Source of the DNA: Macrostomum lignano
Lineage: Eukaryota
Length of the DNA stretch: 64,000 nt
Assembly: GCA_002269645.1 (NCBI GenBank)
Contig: NIVC01001343.1
Span: 1-64,000 of the forward strand
Reading direction: 5' to 3'
A program made the translations under genes and the position numbers. The stretch's first letter is position 1; each line of letters begins with the position of its first letter. Below are positions 51,631 to 64,000 of this stretch, in pieces. Below the pieces are notes generated by a model. That model saw only the letters and a program-made list of their open reading frames with translations, ran no database searches and was not told the origin of the DNA.

Positions 51631-51783
51631 CTGATGATGCTGAAGTCTCCTACCGTTTGTGTTGTTGGCGGCGGCAGCAGCAGCTGCTGCTGCGGCTGTG
51701 GCTGCGGCGACGTTAGGGTTGGCATGGTTCGGCGGCATGATGGGAGCTGGGGGCCTACCATGAGCGATGGTGGCTGGCGCAGC
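50608..51783 (-). CDS. Uncharacterised ~806-aa polyQ protein, exon 3
   Basis: Acceptor cacccag|, phase 0, open to TAA. PolyQ/polyA tracts flank a globular block (LCMIRPYIPLLPENALQGDYIVLEHVRRTLFPAW...LPFLQIRYREAL). Confidence 0.85.
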
Positions 51784-51895
51784 CTGGGTGACGGAATGGA
51801 GGGAGACGATGATGACGATTGATAGGTAGAAATTGTACTTTTTGTATTTTACAAATTACAAGTAAAAATGATTCGCGCCTCTTAATATTCTTATA

Positions 51896-54322
51896 GCAGT
51901 TTAAGGGCGATTCTTAGGATGCAGTTTAAGGGCGATTCTTAGGATGCAGTTTAAGGGCGATTCTTAGGATGCAGTTTAAGGGCGATTCTTAGAATGCAGT
52001 TTAAGGGCGATTCTTAGAATGCAGTTTAAGGGCGATTCTTAGGATGCAGTTTAAGGGCGATTCTTAGGATGCAGTTTAGGGGCGATTCTTAGAATACAGT
52101 TTAGGGGCGATTCTTAGGATGCAGTTTAGGGGCGATTCTTAGGATGCAGTTTAAGGGCGATTCTTAGGATGCAGTTTAGGGGCGATTCTTAGGATGCAGT
52201 TTAAGGGCGATTCTTAGGATGCAGTTTAAGGGCGATTCTTAGAATGCAGTTTAGGGATGATTCTTAGAATGCAGTTTAGGGGCGATTCTTAGGATGCAGT
52301 TTAGGGGCGATTCTTAGGATGCAGTTTAGGGGCGATTCTCAGGATGCAGTTTAGGAGCGATTCTTAGGATACAGTTTAGGGGCGATTCTTAGGATGCAGT
52401 TTAAGGGCGATTCTTAGGATGCAGTTTAAGGGCGATTCTTAGGATGCAGTTTAAGGGCGATTCTTAGGATGCAGTTTAAGGGCGATTCTTAGGATGCAGT
52501 TTAAGGGCGATTCTTAGGATGCAGTTTAATGGCGATTCTTAGGATGCAGTTTAAGGGCGATTCTTAGGTCGCAGTTTAGGAGCGATTCTTAGGATACAGT
52601 TTAAGGGCGATTCTTAGGATGTAGTTTAGGGGCGATTCTTGGTGCAGTTTAGGGGCGATTCTTAGAATGCAGTTTAAGGGATGATTCTTAGAATGCAGTC
52701 TAGGGGCGATTCTTAGGATGCAGTTTAAGGGCGATTCTTAGGATGCAGTTTAAGGGCGATTCTTAGGATGCAGTTTAAGGGCGATTCTTAGGATGCAGTT
52801 TAAGGGCGATTCTTAGGTCGCAGTTTAGGGGCGATTCTTAGGATGCAGTTTAAGGGCGATTCTTAGGATGCAGTTTAAGAGCGATTCTTAGGATGCAGTT
52901 TAAGGGCGATTCTTAGGATGCAGTTTAAGGGCGATTCTTAGGATGCAGTTTAAGAGCGATTCTTAGGTCGCAGTTTAAGGGCGTTTCTTAGGATGCAGTT
53001 TAATGGCGATTCTTAGGATGCAGTTTAAGGGCGATTCTTAGGTCGCAGTTTAGGAGCGATTCTTAGGATACAGTTTAAGGGCGATTCTTAGGATGTAGTT
53101 TAGGGGCGATTCTTGGTGCAGTTTAGGGGCGATTCTTAGAATGCAGTTCAAGGGATGATTCTTAGAATGCAGTCTAGGGGCGATTCTTAGGATGCAGTTT
53201 AAGGGCGATTCTTAGGATGCAGTTTAAGGGCGATTCTTAGGATGCAGTTTAAGGGCGATTCTTAGGATGCAGTTTAAGGGCGATTCTTAGGTCGCAGTTT
53301 AGGGGCGATTCTTAGGATGCAGTTTAAGGGCGATTCTTAGGATGCAGTTTAAGGGCGATTCTTAGGTCGCAGTTTAGGGGCGATTCTTAGGATGCAGTTT
53401 AAGGGCGATTCTTAGAATGCAGTTTAAGGGCGATTTTTAGGATGCAGTTTAAGGGCGATTCTTAGGATGCAGTTTAAGGGCGATTCTTAGGATGCAGTTT
53501 AAGGGCGATTCTTAGGATGCAGTTTAAGGGCGATTCTTAGGATGCAGTTTAGGGGCGATTCTTGGTGCAGTTTAGGGGCGATTCTTAGAATGCAGTTTAA
53601 GGGATGATTCTTAGAATGCAGTCTAGGGGCGATTCTTAGGATGCAGTTTAAGGGCGATTCTTAGGATACAGTTTAAGGGCGATTCTTAGGATGCAGTTTA
53701 AGAGCGATTCTTAGGTCGCAGTTTAAGGGCGATTCTTAGGATGCAGTTTAAGGGCGATTCTTAGGATGCAGTTTAAGGGCGATTCTTAGGATGCAGTTTA
53801 AGGGCGATTCTTAGGATGCAGTTTAAGGGCGATTCTTAGGTCGCAGTTTAAGGGCGATTCTTAGGATGCAGTTTAAGGGCGATTCTTAGGTCGCAGTTTA
53901 GGGGCGATTCTTAGGATGCAGTTTAAGGGCGATTCTTAGGATGCAGTTTAAGAGCGATTCTTAGGATGCAGTTTAAGGCGATTCTTAGGATGCAGTTTAA
54001 GGGCGATTTTTAGAATGCAGTTTAAGGGCGATTCTTAGGATGCAGTTTAAGAGCGATTCTTAGGATGCAGTTTAAGGGCGATTCTTAGGATACAGTTTAA
54101 GGGCGATTCTTAGAATGCAGTTTAAGGGCGATTCTTAGGATGCAGTTTAAGGGCGATTCTTAGGATACAGTTTAAGGGCGATTCTTAGAATGCAGTTTAG
54201 AGGCGATTCTTAGGATGCAGTTTAGGGGCCATTTTTAGGATGCAGTTTAGGAGCGATTCTTAGGATGCAGTTTAGGGGCGATTCTTAGGATACAGTTTAG
54301 GAGCGATTCTTAGAATACAGTT
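51896..54322. repeat. 25-bp minisatellite (GCAGTTTAAGGGCGATTCTTAGGAT), ~97 copies, filling intron 2
   Basis: Period of 25 read directly; occupies ~2430 of ~2600 bp of the intron. Confidence 0.97.
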
Positions 54323-54389
54323 CAGAGACAATGTACAAAGTAATAAATTAGATACAGCTATATTATCAGCAGAGTTAAAAACTCCTCAC

Positions 54390-54540
54390 CGGTACGAACT
54401 GCGCCCCGCTCAGCACTGAGATGCCATTGGCCGTAGCAAAGGTGCCACCAGCAGCGGACACCAGCGGCGCCACGCTGATCATTGTTGGCCGGTTCACCGC
54501 CATCACGTTGAAAACGGCCGCCTGCGGCTGTTGCAACTGT

Positions 54541-54581
<41 letters not shown>

Positions 54582-54987
54582 TTGCAATTGCTGCTGATTC
54601 CGTGTTAATTGACCAGCCAATCGCAGCTCAGTTTGGCCAGGTATGTACTGTATAGTCGCTAACGGATTAATCGTATTTAATTCGCGGACGTTGCACTCTG
54701 TCAATCGTTCAATCATGTCTAGCGACATCATTTTGCTCAACATGCCCATCTGAATGCGCAGATTTACTCGGGGCGATAACGAATTAAAGAATGCGCATTC
54801 TTTCGGGGACGGATAGAATCCGAAGCCATCGGTATTGGGCAGGCCGATGTTCATGCCGCAACTGTGCAGGTAGGTGTACGGCACAAATTTGATCTCTTTG
54901 CGGTAAACGAACGGACACACTATGTTGTTCACCTGGAGGAAACCGCCCTTCATCTGGTTGAGCTCGTCGAGGCTTATGCCGACGCAC
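54390..54987 (-). CDS. Uncharacterised ~806-aa polyQ protein, exon 2
   Basis: ctag| and |gtgagg, phases 2/0; GGFLQVNNIVCPFVYRKEIKFVPYTYL globular block followed by polyQ. Confidence 0.85.
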
Positions 54988-55124
54988 CTAGCCAATTAGG
55001 ATCGGTGAAAGCAGTCGTTAAATAAACATTACTTTAATTCGAATAAAACTTTGGGGTATTATGAAGAAAATAAAACCACTGAATTTTATATGGTTAAACA
55101 ATTATCAGATTGCTCACTGTAGGG

Positions 55125-55490
55125 GTGAGATCTATCTGGAAAAGATACTTGTAAGATCTAGCAGATGATGGGATCTATCATGTGTTGATGGGATCTATCA
55201 TGTGGAACTAGGATCTATCAATCTATCATGCGGGGATAGTATCTATTATGCGAGGATGGGATTTATCATGCGGGATGGGATCAATCATGCGGGGATGAGA
55301 TCGATCATGCAGAGATGGGATTTATCATGTGAGAATGGGATACATTATAAGAGGATGGGATGTATCATGTGGGGATGGGGTCTATTTTGAAAAAGATAGG
55401 ATCTGACAGGTGGGTATAGGATCTATCATGATCATGTGGGGATGGGATCTATCATGTGAGGAGGGATTTACCTTGTAACGATGGCATCTA
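55125..55490. repeat. Degenerate ~20-bp repeat (GATGGGATCTATCATG core) in intron 1
   Basis: Many imperfect copies read directly. Confidence 0.75.
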
Positions 55491-55534
55491 TTATTAGGAT
55501 TAGAATAGAATAGTATTCGAATAAAACGGCTCAC

Positions 55535-56181
55535 CTATTAGCGGCAATATCTGCGTAGCACCTTCGCACAGCGTTATAAAAGTCCATAAACTCTTCAAAC
55601 TTGACCAGCATATTGTCCCGCTTGGAATAATCGTGCTTGCCATATTCGCTAAGGCAATGAGTCTCGTTAATCTCATTAACTAGCGTGCCCTCATCCTCGG
55701 ACATGTAGGAACTGCGCAACGGCGGTCGTTTTTTCAACTCTTCTGGATAATTATTAGGAAAACGCCATAACAGCTTCAATTCGACCATTCTAACAACAAC
55801 ATAAGCAACTTGTTCGCCGTGCAAGCATCGATAGATTTTTGGAATTGAGGCGCCATCAATTTCGGCGAATCCAAATTGCACCTGATTAGATATCGGTTTA
55901 GTAGCATTGGCTTGGGAGTGCGGATCTCCAGCTGCAGCGTTGAGTTGAGTTGCGGGGGTGGCAGAGTTGCGATTCGGTGGAGTCGCCGAAGCTGCCGATG
56001 TAGCCGGCACTCTTGGCCTTATTGGACGTTGATTGGCGGCGACAGCAGCGGCAGCAGTAGCAGTAACGCCATTGACAGTGCTGTTATTCACATTTCCATT
56101 GACAATGTTGTTGTTGTTATTATTGATATTGTTACCGCTGGCAGCTGCCGATTTCTCGCTTTTCACTCTGGCTTCGGACAT
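55535..56181 (-). CDS. Uncharacterised ~806-aa polyQ protein, first coding exon
   Basis: ATG 56181; N/A-rich N-terminus, then FGFAEIDGASIPKIYR...YVVVRMVELKLL...LVNEINETHC...LVKFEEFMDFY. Donor ag|gtgagc, phase 2. Confidence 0.85.
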
Positions 56182-59100
56182 CGGGGGTTTCCTTATGGAG
56201 CCTGAAAGGTTTTTAAGAAAATTAGTCTTTTTAAGTACAAATCAATCACGGTCAATCGTAGCTGATGATATGCTGACTGCCAACTGACTTTAGACCATAG
56301 ACAATTTACGTGCATTATAGTTAATTAAATAGCTACTCCGTCAATCTGATTGGTTTGTTTAATTTCTTCGAAAAGTCATTGGTCTAGTTTTTCTTCTTTG
56401 CTCACTATAATACGAATATATGTACTTTTAGTTTATTTAGAAGCACGGCGATTATTATTTGCATTCCCAAGACGTCGTTGCGTCATCAGACTTAATTTTA
56501 TTTTATTGTCTATCTAAAAGGGACATTTATCAGAATTTCAGTCATCGAGTGGATTCACTACTTGGTTTGCAGATACTCTTGAGTCACCGATTTTCAATTT
56601 GAAATAGATATTAAGACTGCCAGCCAGACAATAGGACAACTATACCGGGTAACTCTAACTCATGTCTCTTGATCTTTAATCAGACCAGGTACGTTGATTA
56701 ATTATTTATTTATGTGGTATATATGACCAATTTCATGACTTCTTTGACGCTAGACGTCATGGTCATGACTTCTTTGACGCTTTTTGTGCGGAGATTTGAT
56801 TAGGAAAACTTGATTAGGAAACTCCAATTCAAAAAATATGTAATCACATTAGACTTGCTGTTTTCAATCGTGAACTTCTGCAAATGGCTTTCAGCTTTCA
56901 TTTTCTATTTTGATTGATTCTGGCCTTGATATTCAACTAAAATCATACGTATGGCATGCTGTCCAGTAGCTAAGCAAGTGTTTTTAGTGTATCGCCATCT
57001 GCGCATGGACTTTTAGGCTCACAACGTTTTAAACGTGCTGATTACCTTTCGTGGCTTCATAGAAATACCAGTTTATATATACTTTGATAACTTATCGGAG
57101 CATTAATTAAGGAATTTTTGTAGCGTACTATCAATTTTATTATCTGAATTCGGTCGAGATTTAATTGTAAAAATGCATCGAACGTCGGAAGACTTAATCT
57201 TCGTGCGCCTTCTTGGTCTTGTCATTATGGACACTGAAAAATGTATCTTTGTCCTTTGCCTCTGTATCTGCATCTCGTGATTCGTGAATACTGCAGTTCA
57301 AAGCACACTTTTGGATTTGCTTGCTATAGCGCTATGTACTTTTAAATGTACAGATTGACAGTGCTATAAGAATAGCATTCAGTTGGCACTTAAAACGTAA
57401 TACATACATGTTAACATGTATAGACTTGAACCGAGATTTTCTAATTCAGCTGACAGCCACCTAAATCCAGCCATTTATCCGATATTTTAACCGAAATTAG
57501 CAGAACAACGCCAGAAATATCACTGACTCGGCTGCTTTGGAAAACGTTGATGTTTGACCACTCACGGTTTTTGGTAATCATTTCTCCGGGGTCACGTCAC
57601 AGCTTGCCGCATAAATTATTTGATTAAATTTTTAACTGTTTCTGTTTACGCATTTTGGAATATTGTCGAACAATTTTGTAGGAAATAAATATATATGTAT
57701 GAATCCTAAGTCCCAACCCTGGACTTTGATATCCTTGTTGATAGCATTCAATGTTGTTAGTTACCTCAAAAAATCAATGCACAATTGCATGTTTTTTATG
57801 TACAACCCTGAAGCAGTAAACGCATATTGGCCTCATTGAATATGGATTAGAATTGGAAGCTACAGAAAGTTGAAACAATTAACGTATAAATAAATAAAAT
57901 TACGTGTAGTTGTAGCCTTTGTAACAGTGAATAGACGTAGGAGAAACAAACAATTTACAATTTACAAATACGTAAATTGTACCTCTTACCTCTTTCTTAA
58001 AGTTGTGACTGGGTGCTTCGTATATAAAAGGTCTTTGTCTCGCGTAAAAATCAATAAACGATCCGTCGCCAGGCTAAGCTACCAGTACCAGCCTAGATAA
58101 GTCTTAAAGAATTCTAAATCTTATGGGCAGTCGAATTTACGCAACAGTGACAGTGAGATATTAATAAACTTACTAATTGCATAGGAGTTTCAAAAATGGT
58201 ATTTGGGAACTTTAGGAAGTCCAGTCCAGATGACGGATGAGGCACTAGAATCTATACTGTAGCAAGAACGAAGACTGTCCTGAGGGAATTAGCCGGAATG
58301 TTAGGGTGGAGCTTGCATTTTATATGCGAAGAAAAATCGATAATTTTACCGTACACCGCTTAATCTATATTTAGAAACTATGTACAATTGTACACATCTT
58401 TCTATAGCTGAATTGTGAAGGAAGGCGTAAGTTAGGGCAGGGCCGCAGGGGCTATACGAACCCTCTACTGGCATTTAAGGGCCAATAAACAATGTACACC
58501 CATGAAAAAGGGTGTAGAAGAAAAATCGATAAGTTTCTATTGGTTACAAGAACTATGGGCTGGACTAGAGACGAAATGCCACCCCCAGCGAGGCTTTGGG
58601 CCGCAGACCCGTCAGGCCGTTTCATTGTACAGTGAGAAAGAAGCAGCCAATAAACTGCTAGCGAGAATATACTAGTGCGGGGGGAGGGAAAGTGGGGGTT
58701 GTGTTGTGCGTCACTCCCCCTTCCCCCACGCATGCGTAGCCAGATATGGAGAGAGAGGTTTGAAGCGGTGAGGGGTTGAATCAGCGGAGGTTGAATCAGC
58801 GCACTGTGGGGGAGAGAAAATATCGACTGAACTAAACTAGCTTTCATGAGAGAGAGAGAGGCAGTAGAGGGAGTTTTTACACTAAAGAACGCGCGTGCAT
58901 GACTAATGTACAGAAAGACTTTGCCTCCAATTCCACAAACACGTAGCTATTCGGCAATAGGGAGTAAGGCAAAACTTTTAAAGCTAAACTTAAATGTACG
59001 CAACGCGCTAGAGATAAAGAAAGAAATAAATAAAGGGGTTGGGGGCGCTTGGCAATGGGCACAGAGGATAATTCAAAATCGTTAAAATCTGAATTTACTT

Positions 59101-60484
59101 TAGGTGTTAACTCTTAAGTTTTAAGTTTTTTGACATGCGTATTGCTTGCGTATGTGATTCAATTTTTTGACATGCGGTTGTGGTTATACTGGAAATTTGA
59201 AAACGTTTACTTTTGACTGATTTTTAATTGCAAATTTTCTTTTAATTCTGATTAAGACTTAAGTAGAAACAAAAGTATAATGGACTTAATGGACTTAACA
59301 AGTCGGAGAGGTTTAAACTTTGAATGTAACATCGTAGATTCCAAAAATAAAGCATCTGGAGAGGAACCTCATTAGTCTAGAAAGGCGCACAAGTCTGGAA
59401 ATTGGCGCAATTCTTGTTTCTTTTTAATTAGATTGTGCTGTGCAGTGTGCATTAGTGCATAATGCATATGGTTTTGGCACTTATTATTTTACTTGGATTG
59501 AACTGCCAGATGCAGATACTTTATTCGAGGGGGTGGATTAAGTTCTTCTAAAACGCTTGAGAGCATCCCATCCCGATCCCACACATAAATGAACGCAAGA
59601 AATTACTAAACTACAATAAGAATGGACAAAAAATTGTCAGATGCATCCTCCCCCATGCCCATTCCCCACTCCCTACGCCACTGGATTCGGAGACACTTTT
59701 ATGATGGGGACTCGGAGGCACAAAAATTCTGCCACAGTCAATGAAAATCGAAGCAGAAAAATATTTTTATAAAGTTATGTGTATTTCCCATATAAAAAAT
59801 CAAAAATCAAACTCAATGGGGGGGCGCACCCTGTGTGCATCGCCCCCTAAATCCGCAACTGTCCTATACGCTCGTAGTCACTTGACACTTAGTTGTCATA
59901 CTCCTATTTTCTTTACATGTACTGATGTACAATACAACATACAAGTATCTCTACCAGCGACCAATCACAGTAGTCTTAATCGACTTAGGGCTTAGAGCTT
60001 AAGGGCTTTATATACTGGGTGAGAGGTGCCGGCCTGTGAGGTGCGGTCTGCGGACATGTCACGTGACTCGTGAGTCACGGTGAATGCTATAAATAGCATC
60101 AAATAGTTGAATAGTTGAATAGTTGAATTTGGAGAAACAATATAATTATCACGAATGCGTTAATTATTTGTGTTAATGATAAATAAATGATAAATAATGG
60201 TAGGCGCCGACGTACCTACCTAAGTGATTCGGTTGAAATGTCGTGCCCAGGTTGAAGCTGAGATAGTGAAGGCCTTTCTTCGCAGATTCAGCTTGCTTGC
60301 AAGTCACTGTACAGTTGCTTGTCCAACTGTCTATGCACATTCAAGGGGGCGCATAAAAAGGAGAGCAGGGTGGGGTAGAAATTATTGATTGAAACCAGCG
60401 GGTTTTGCAACCTCCTCTCATTGGCTAGGCAAACATAGCTTTGTGCTGGTTGGCTTATCGATTTACTCGTCTAGTCGCAACCCC

Positions 60485-60641
60485 CCTCCATTAGCTAACC
60501 TTTCTTTTCTAGAATTAAAATTTGCTTTGCTTTGTGCCTCCATTAGCTAACCTTTCTTTTCTAGAATTAAAATTTGCTTTGCTTTGTGCCTCCATTAGCT
60601 AACCTTTCTTTTCTAGAATTAAAATTTGCTTTGCTTTGTGC
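60485..60641. repeat. Exact 52-bp tandem triplication
   Basis: CCTCCATTAGCTAACC...TTTGCTTTGTG starts at 60485, 60537, 60589. Confidence 0.95.
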
Positions 60642-62821
60642 GCGTAGTGCTAGAAGGTTTAACGCCTTTTCAGTTCAGATGAACAGAGAGAGGTGGAGGT
60701 GCTTTGAACATAAAAGCGAGCGAGAAGGCAGACACACGGGGACACAAGAATTTTGGGGTGTTGAGCCAGGCCGGAGTGGACTGATCTATTTTTAGCACAT
60801 ACACTGGGCCACAAAGCAGAGCTTTCCACCCCGCCACGTCCTCCTCCGGGGGGATGGGGGGTTGGAGGCGAATCCAAACCACCCCACGCTCCTCTCTCTT
60901 ATCTGTCCTCTTTCCTCATTTTTAATCAAACAGCCAATTGGCATTCGTGTACACTATACAGTCTTTTGGCCTGTTCTGAATGTGATATTCACATGCATGC
61001 AGTGTAGAAAAAATCTTATCTATTTATTATCTCTGATCTAGATTCTAAATTAAGCCGTTGTTCACTATCTATAATATTAATAACATTGCATAAAAATACC
61101 ATTTTTCAATATTTCAAATTCGAGTTATTCTTTCATTTATAAGTGGCAAACATCGCTGAATTGGAAATCAGACGGTTAATTAACCATCTTTTAGGACTTG
61201 GGTCTTTGTTAAGAGAAACAAAGATAGCTACGTGAAACATTTCAGGGTGGGGCCAGTCACACACATGGAGATAGATCCGATATACATAGTTCTTCACTTT
61301 TATAACAAGGACACAATATTGTTCCATAAGAAAACCAGCTGACTAGGCTAAATGTATAACTGCTCGTAGTCGTAGTAGATGTATAGTTGTATACCTCTTA
61401 TAGCTAAAGCTATAAGTATACGAGCCATTAAGAATACTCGTATAAGCCTGCTAAGATTCTGATAAAAATTATGCTTCACTTAAGAGTCAATTTGTAATTG
61501 TAATAGTGCAATCTCCACAACAAATGATTATTTCGGCCATAGCATAGTTGCACTATAGTACCTGCACTGTGTCGATCACAGTTGAGTAAATTTAGAGTTG
61601 AGAGGAGTTTACTATGCATGCATGAACTTCTGAGAACTTTGACAATGACAGAGGAGAATTTGTGATGTCAAATTTAAACTTCTCACGTTGCGTCACAGAA
61701 ATACAAACCAGCTGTACAAAAATCAATACAATTCAATTGCGAAAAAAAGAAGTTGATTAAGTCAAGTCAGAAAATTATAGCAAAGCTCCAATATAAGTTT
61801 TTCGGTCAAGGGCAGCGCGCAAAATAGCCAACTCAAGTGCAAATAACTTAGCTGAAGTGCGTCATTCTATTTAAATGGCAACAAGCCACGAATCCAGTTG
61901 CTTTTCAAGTCGAGTGCAGCATTAAAGTCATTTCAGGTGGCAAACTCGTTCGTTAATTCTGTGAGCCCCCCTTAGGCGGAGACTAGAAAAAAACAAAGGG
62001 GGGACCAAGCGACTTTTCGCAAAAAACAGAGCCACCCCTCCGCCCCCTCCCGAGTCTTTACCCTCTAGAATCCCCACAAAATTTCTGGTTGCGCTACTGG
62101 TTGAGTTGACTTTGTCGCTCGCACTTTACGCGATCGGTTGTTCGTCAATTGTTGTCATTGCGCAGCAGCGGGATGAATATCGAGAAGCGCTCTGATTGGA
62201 TAATTTGCACTTGACTTGGCTATTTAGATTGAGATGGCTATCAACTTGAGTTGGGTATTGTGCGCTACATGACTGGGAAAACCTATTTAATCTGATTTCT
62301 CAGTTAAAAGCATGAGTACTGATCTGAACCTAAAACACCTAATGCACATTGACATTGTACACACGCAGGTTAGGTCTTCCGAGCCCACAATTCCGTACTC
62401 TGCAGGATCGAAAAGTGTACAGTTCAGTTGATGAAGATACTATCATGTGACATCAACAATCAACAGAGGTCCAGACACCACACTAAGAATGATTTGTTGA
62501 AAAGGCACATTAACAAACAAAAAGATCTAAATGTAACACGTACAGCAGCTAGGGAGTTCAAAAGCTGGAATTTTCCTGCATGGAAATAAGAACACAAATG
62601 TAAATAATCCGACGATATGCAAAGTTTCGAGCTTTATGAAGTTTCCTGTCTTCAAGGATATGAAATTTCGAGATTGTGGTGTTGACCCGTACAGCTAGCA
62701 ATCACGATTTACATGTAGCCAAAAACAAACAGTGTTGTCGTGTTGTGTAACTACCAGGTAAAAGAACACAGACAGGAACGTGGAATCCAAACTATTCACT
62801 CTCTAGAAACATTGTGCAAAA

Positions 62822-63282
62822 TTATAACGGTTTAATCTTCATTTCAATTGACTTAAGCGAATAATGCGGTCCTTTCCAAGTCTTCCAGACGATACCATCG
62901 CACTTCTTGTTGGGTATTGCTCCGCCCTGATAGTATTGACCAGTGGGATTCGCTCGATAGCACGAGAAGTACCAGAAACCGCCGCGAAAGCGTTTAGCGC
63001 AGTTGCCGCCAAATTTAGTATCAACAAGATCATTGTCCGAGTCGAAGGTGCTGAACGACGCGTTCGAGTGGCTGCCTAGCGAGTCGCCGACGCTTGCGTC
63101 GCCATGGAAACGGTCCACGATAAGCTTGTAGTTGTACTGTTTGCCAAAAACAAAGAAGCGATCGTAGTTGACATGCTTGACTAAACCCTCCCAGTCTTCC
63201 AGAACCACCCACAGCTGGTATTCGCGTCTAGACGTCATCTCGGCAAGTGCATCCAGTCCGAGAAAGTGCTCGCCCGACGGAT
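62822..63282 (-). CDS. Last exon of a fibrinogen-related domain (FReD; ficolin/tenascin/angiopoietin-like) gene
   Basis: EHFLGLDAL...LEDWEG...GDSLGSHSNASFSTFDSDND...GGFWYFSCYRANPTG...WKTWKG...SLKSIEMKIKP; acceptor tttttag|, phase 1. Upstream exons were not found in the window. Confidence 0.95.
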
Positions 63283-63543
63283 CTAAAAATAGGATTAAGC
63301 AAAGTGTATTTTTAACATTCTGCATGGTACGTACGTAACACTTAAAAACGTCTGTAGCGTTCTTGCATTAGCAAGTGTTTAGGTGTAAGTGTGCTATGGG
63401 TACATGTACTCTGTACATGTACATGGATACCAAATAATAGCTATATAGACCCTCATAAGTTACTCAGACCTTCATAGTCGTGACGCATAGCACCAGGGGT
63501 AGCCAGGATCTTTCTTTCATTAGTAGGGGGATGTTTGGCATCT

Positions 63544-63790
63544 CAGTGGCGTAGCCAGGAATTTCAATTGGGGGGGGGGGGCAGGTTGGCCTGGCTGGCC
63601 ATGCCTTATGCCATTGCCACTTCTGGCGCAGCAGGCACTCATTTTGGCGCCGCAGGCACTCATTTTAGCGCCGCAGGCACTCAATTGCCTCATGGTTTTT
63701 GGTACCCGCCGCGCCCAACCCCACCCCCCTCAGGCGATTGGGGGGAGGGGGGGGGCGCGGCCCCCCTGCCCTCCCCTGGCTACGCCACTG
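63544..63790. mobile_element. hAT-family MITE, 247 bp
   Basis: Perfect 16-bp TIR CAGTGGCGTAGCCAGG / CCTGGCTACGCCACTG; exact 8-bp TSD TGGCATCT (63536-63543, 63791-63798); internal 21-bp unit x3. Confidence 0.93.
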
Positions 63791-64000
63791 TGGCATCTTG
63801 ATCAACAAAGCAGATGAAGTTTTGAAGAAGTTGAGTTACCATGCAATGACATTGCTTAACCTGTCTTTGCTATACTCAGCAACAGTCACAAGTTCCACCC
63901 TCCAAGCGAGATGAATTTTTTTCACTATTGCTAGTGACGCAACTTACTTCGCACGTGCAAAGCTTAATTATTGCCTTTGCCACCTGGGGCTGGGGATGGT

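Noticed and set aside
61133-61327. 64-aa ATG ORF MEQYCVLVIKV...
   Set aside because: Short, no recognisable motif and no supporting splice partners; cannot be supported.

Overview
Eukaryotic (metazoan) genomic DNA with intron-containing genes; nothing in the window looks prokaryotic. The style of the RTE/I-clade LINE remnants, the polyQ-rich exons and the dense micro/minisatellites suggest a free-living flatworm such as Macrostomum (inference only). Recognisable genes: DCAF1/VprBP (5' exons, minus, one 1-nt frameshift), a divergent lunapark-like TM/Zn-ribbon exon, a broken PAN-like + ALK/LTK-type glycine-rich gene, CCDC181, a RING-B-box-B-box-coiled-coil TRIM, an AIP3/Bud6-domain (SRCIN1/KIAA1217-like) gene, CISD2, an ~806-aa polyQ protein with three globular domains, and the last exon of a fibrinogen-related (FReD) gene. 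Mobile DNA: a TTAA-flanked Kolobok-like MITE, a young non-autonomous LTR element (387-bp LTRs, 4-bp TSD), two truncated LINEs, a hAT MITE with 8-bp TSD, and a ~420-bp dispersed repeat in three copies. Many long introns are largely filled by their own private minisatellite, several with higher-order structure. Most long ORFs in the supplied track are artefacts of these repeats. I found no unambiguous new biological system. The best leads are the clustered TA-NNNN-TA palindromes, the intron-filling minisatellites with shared cores, the TRIM with tandem LC8-type motifs, and the three-domain polyQ protein.
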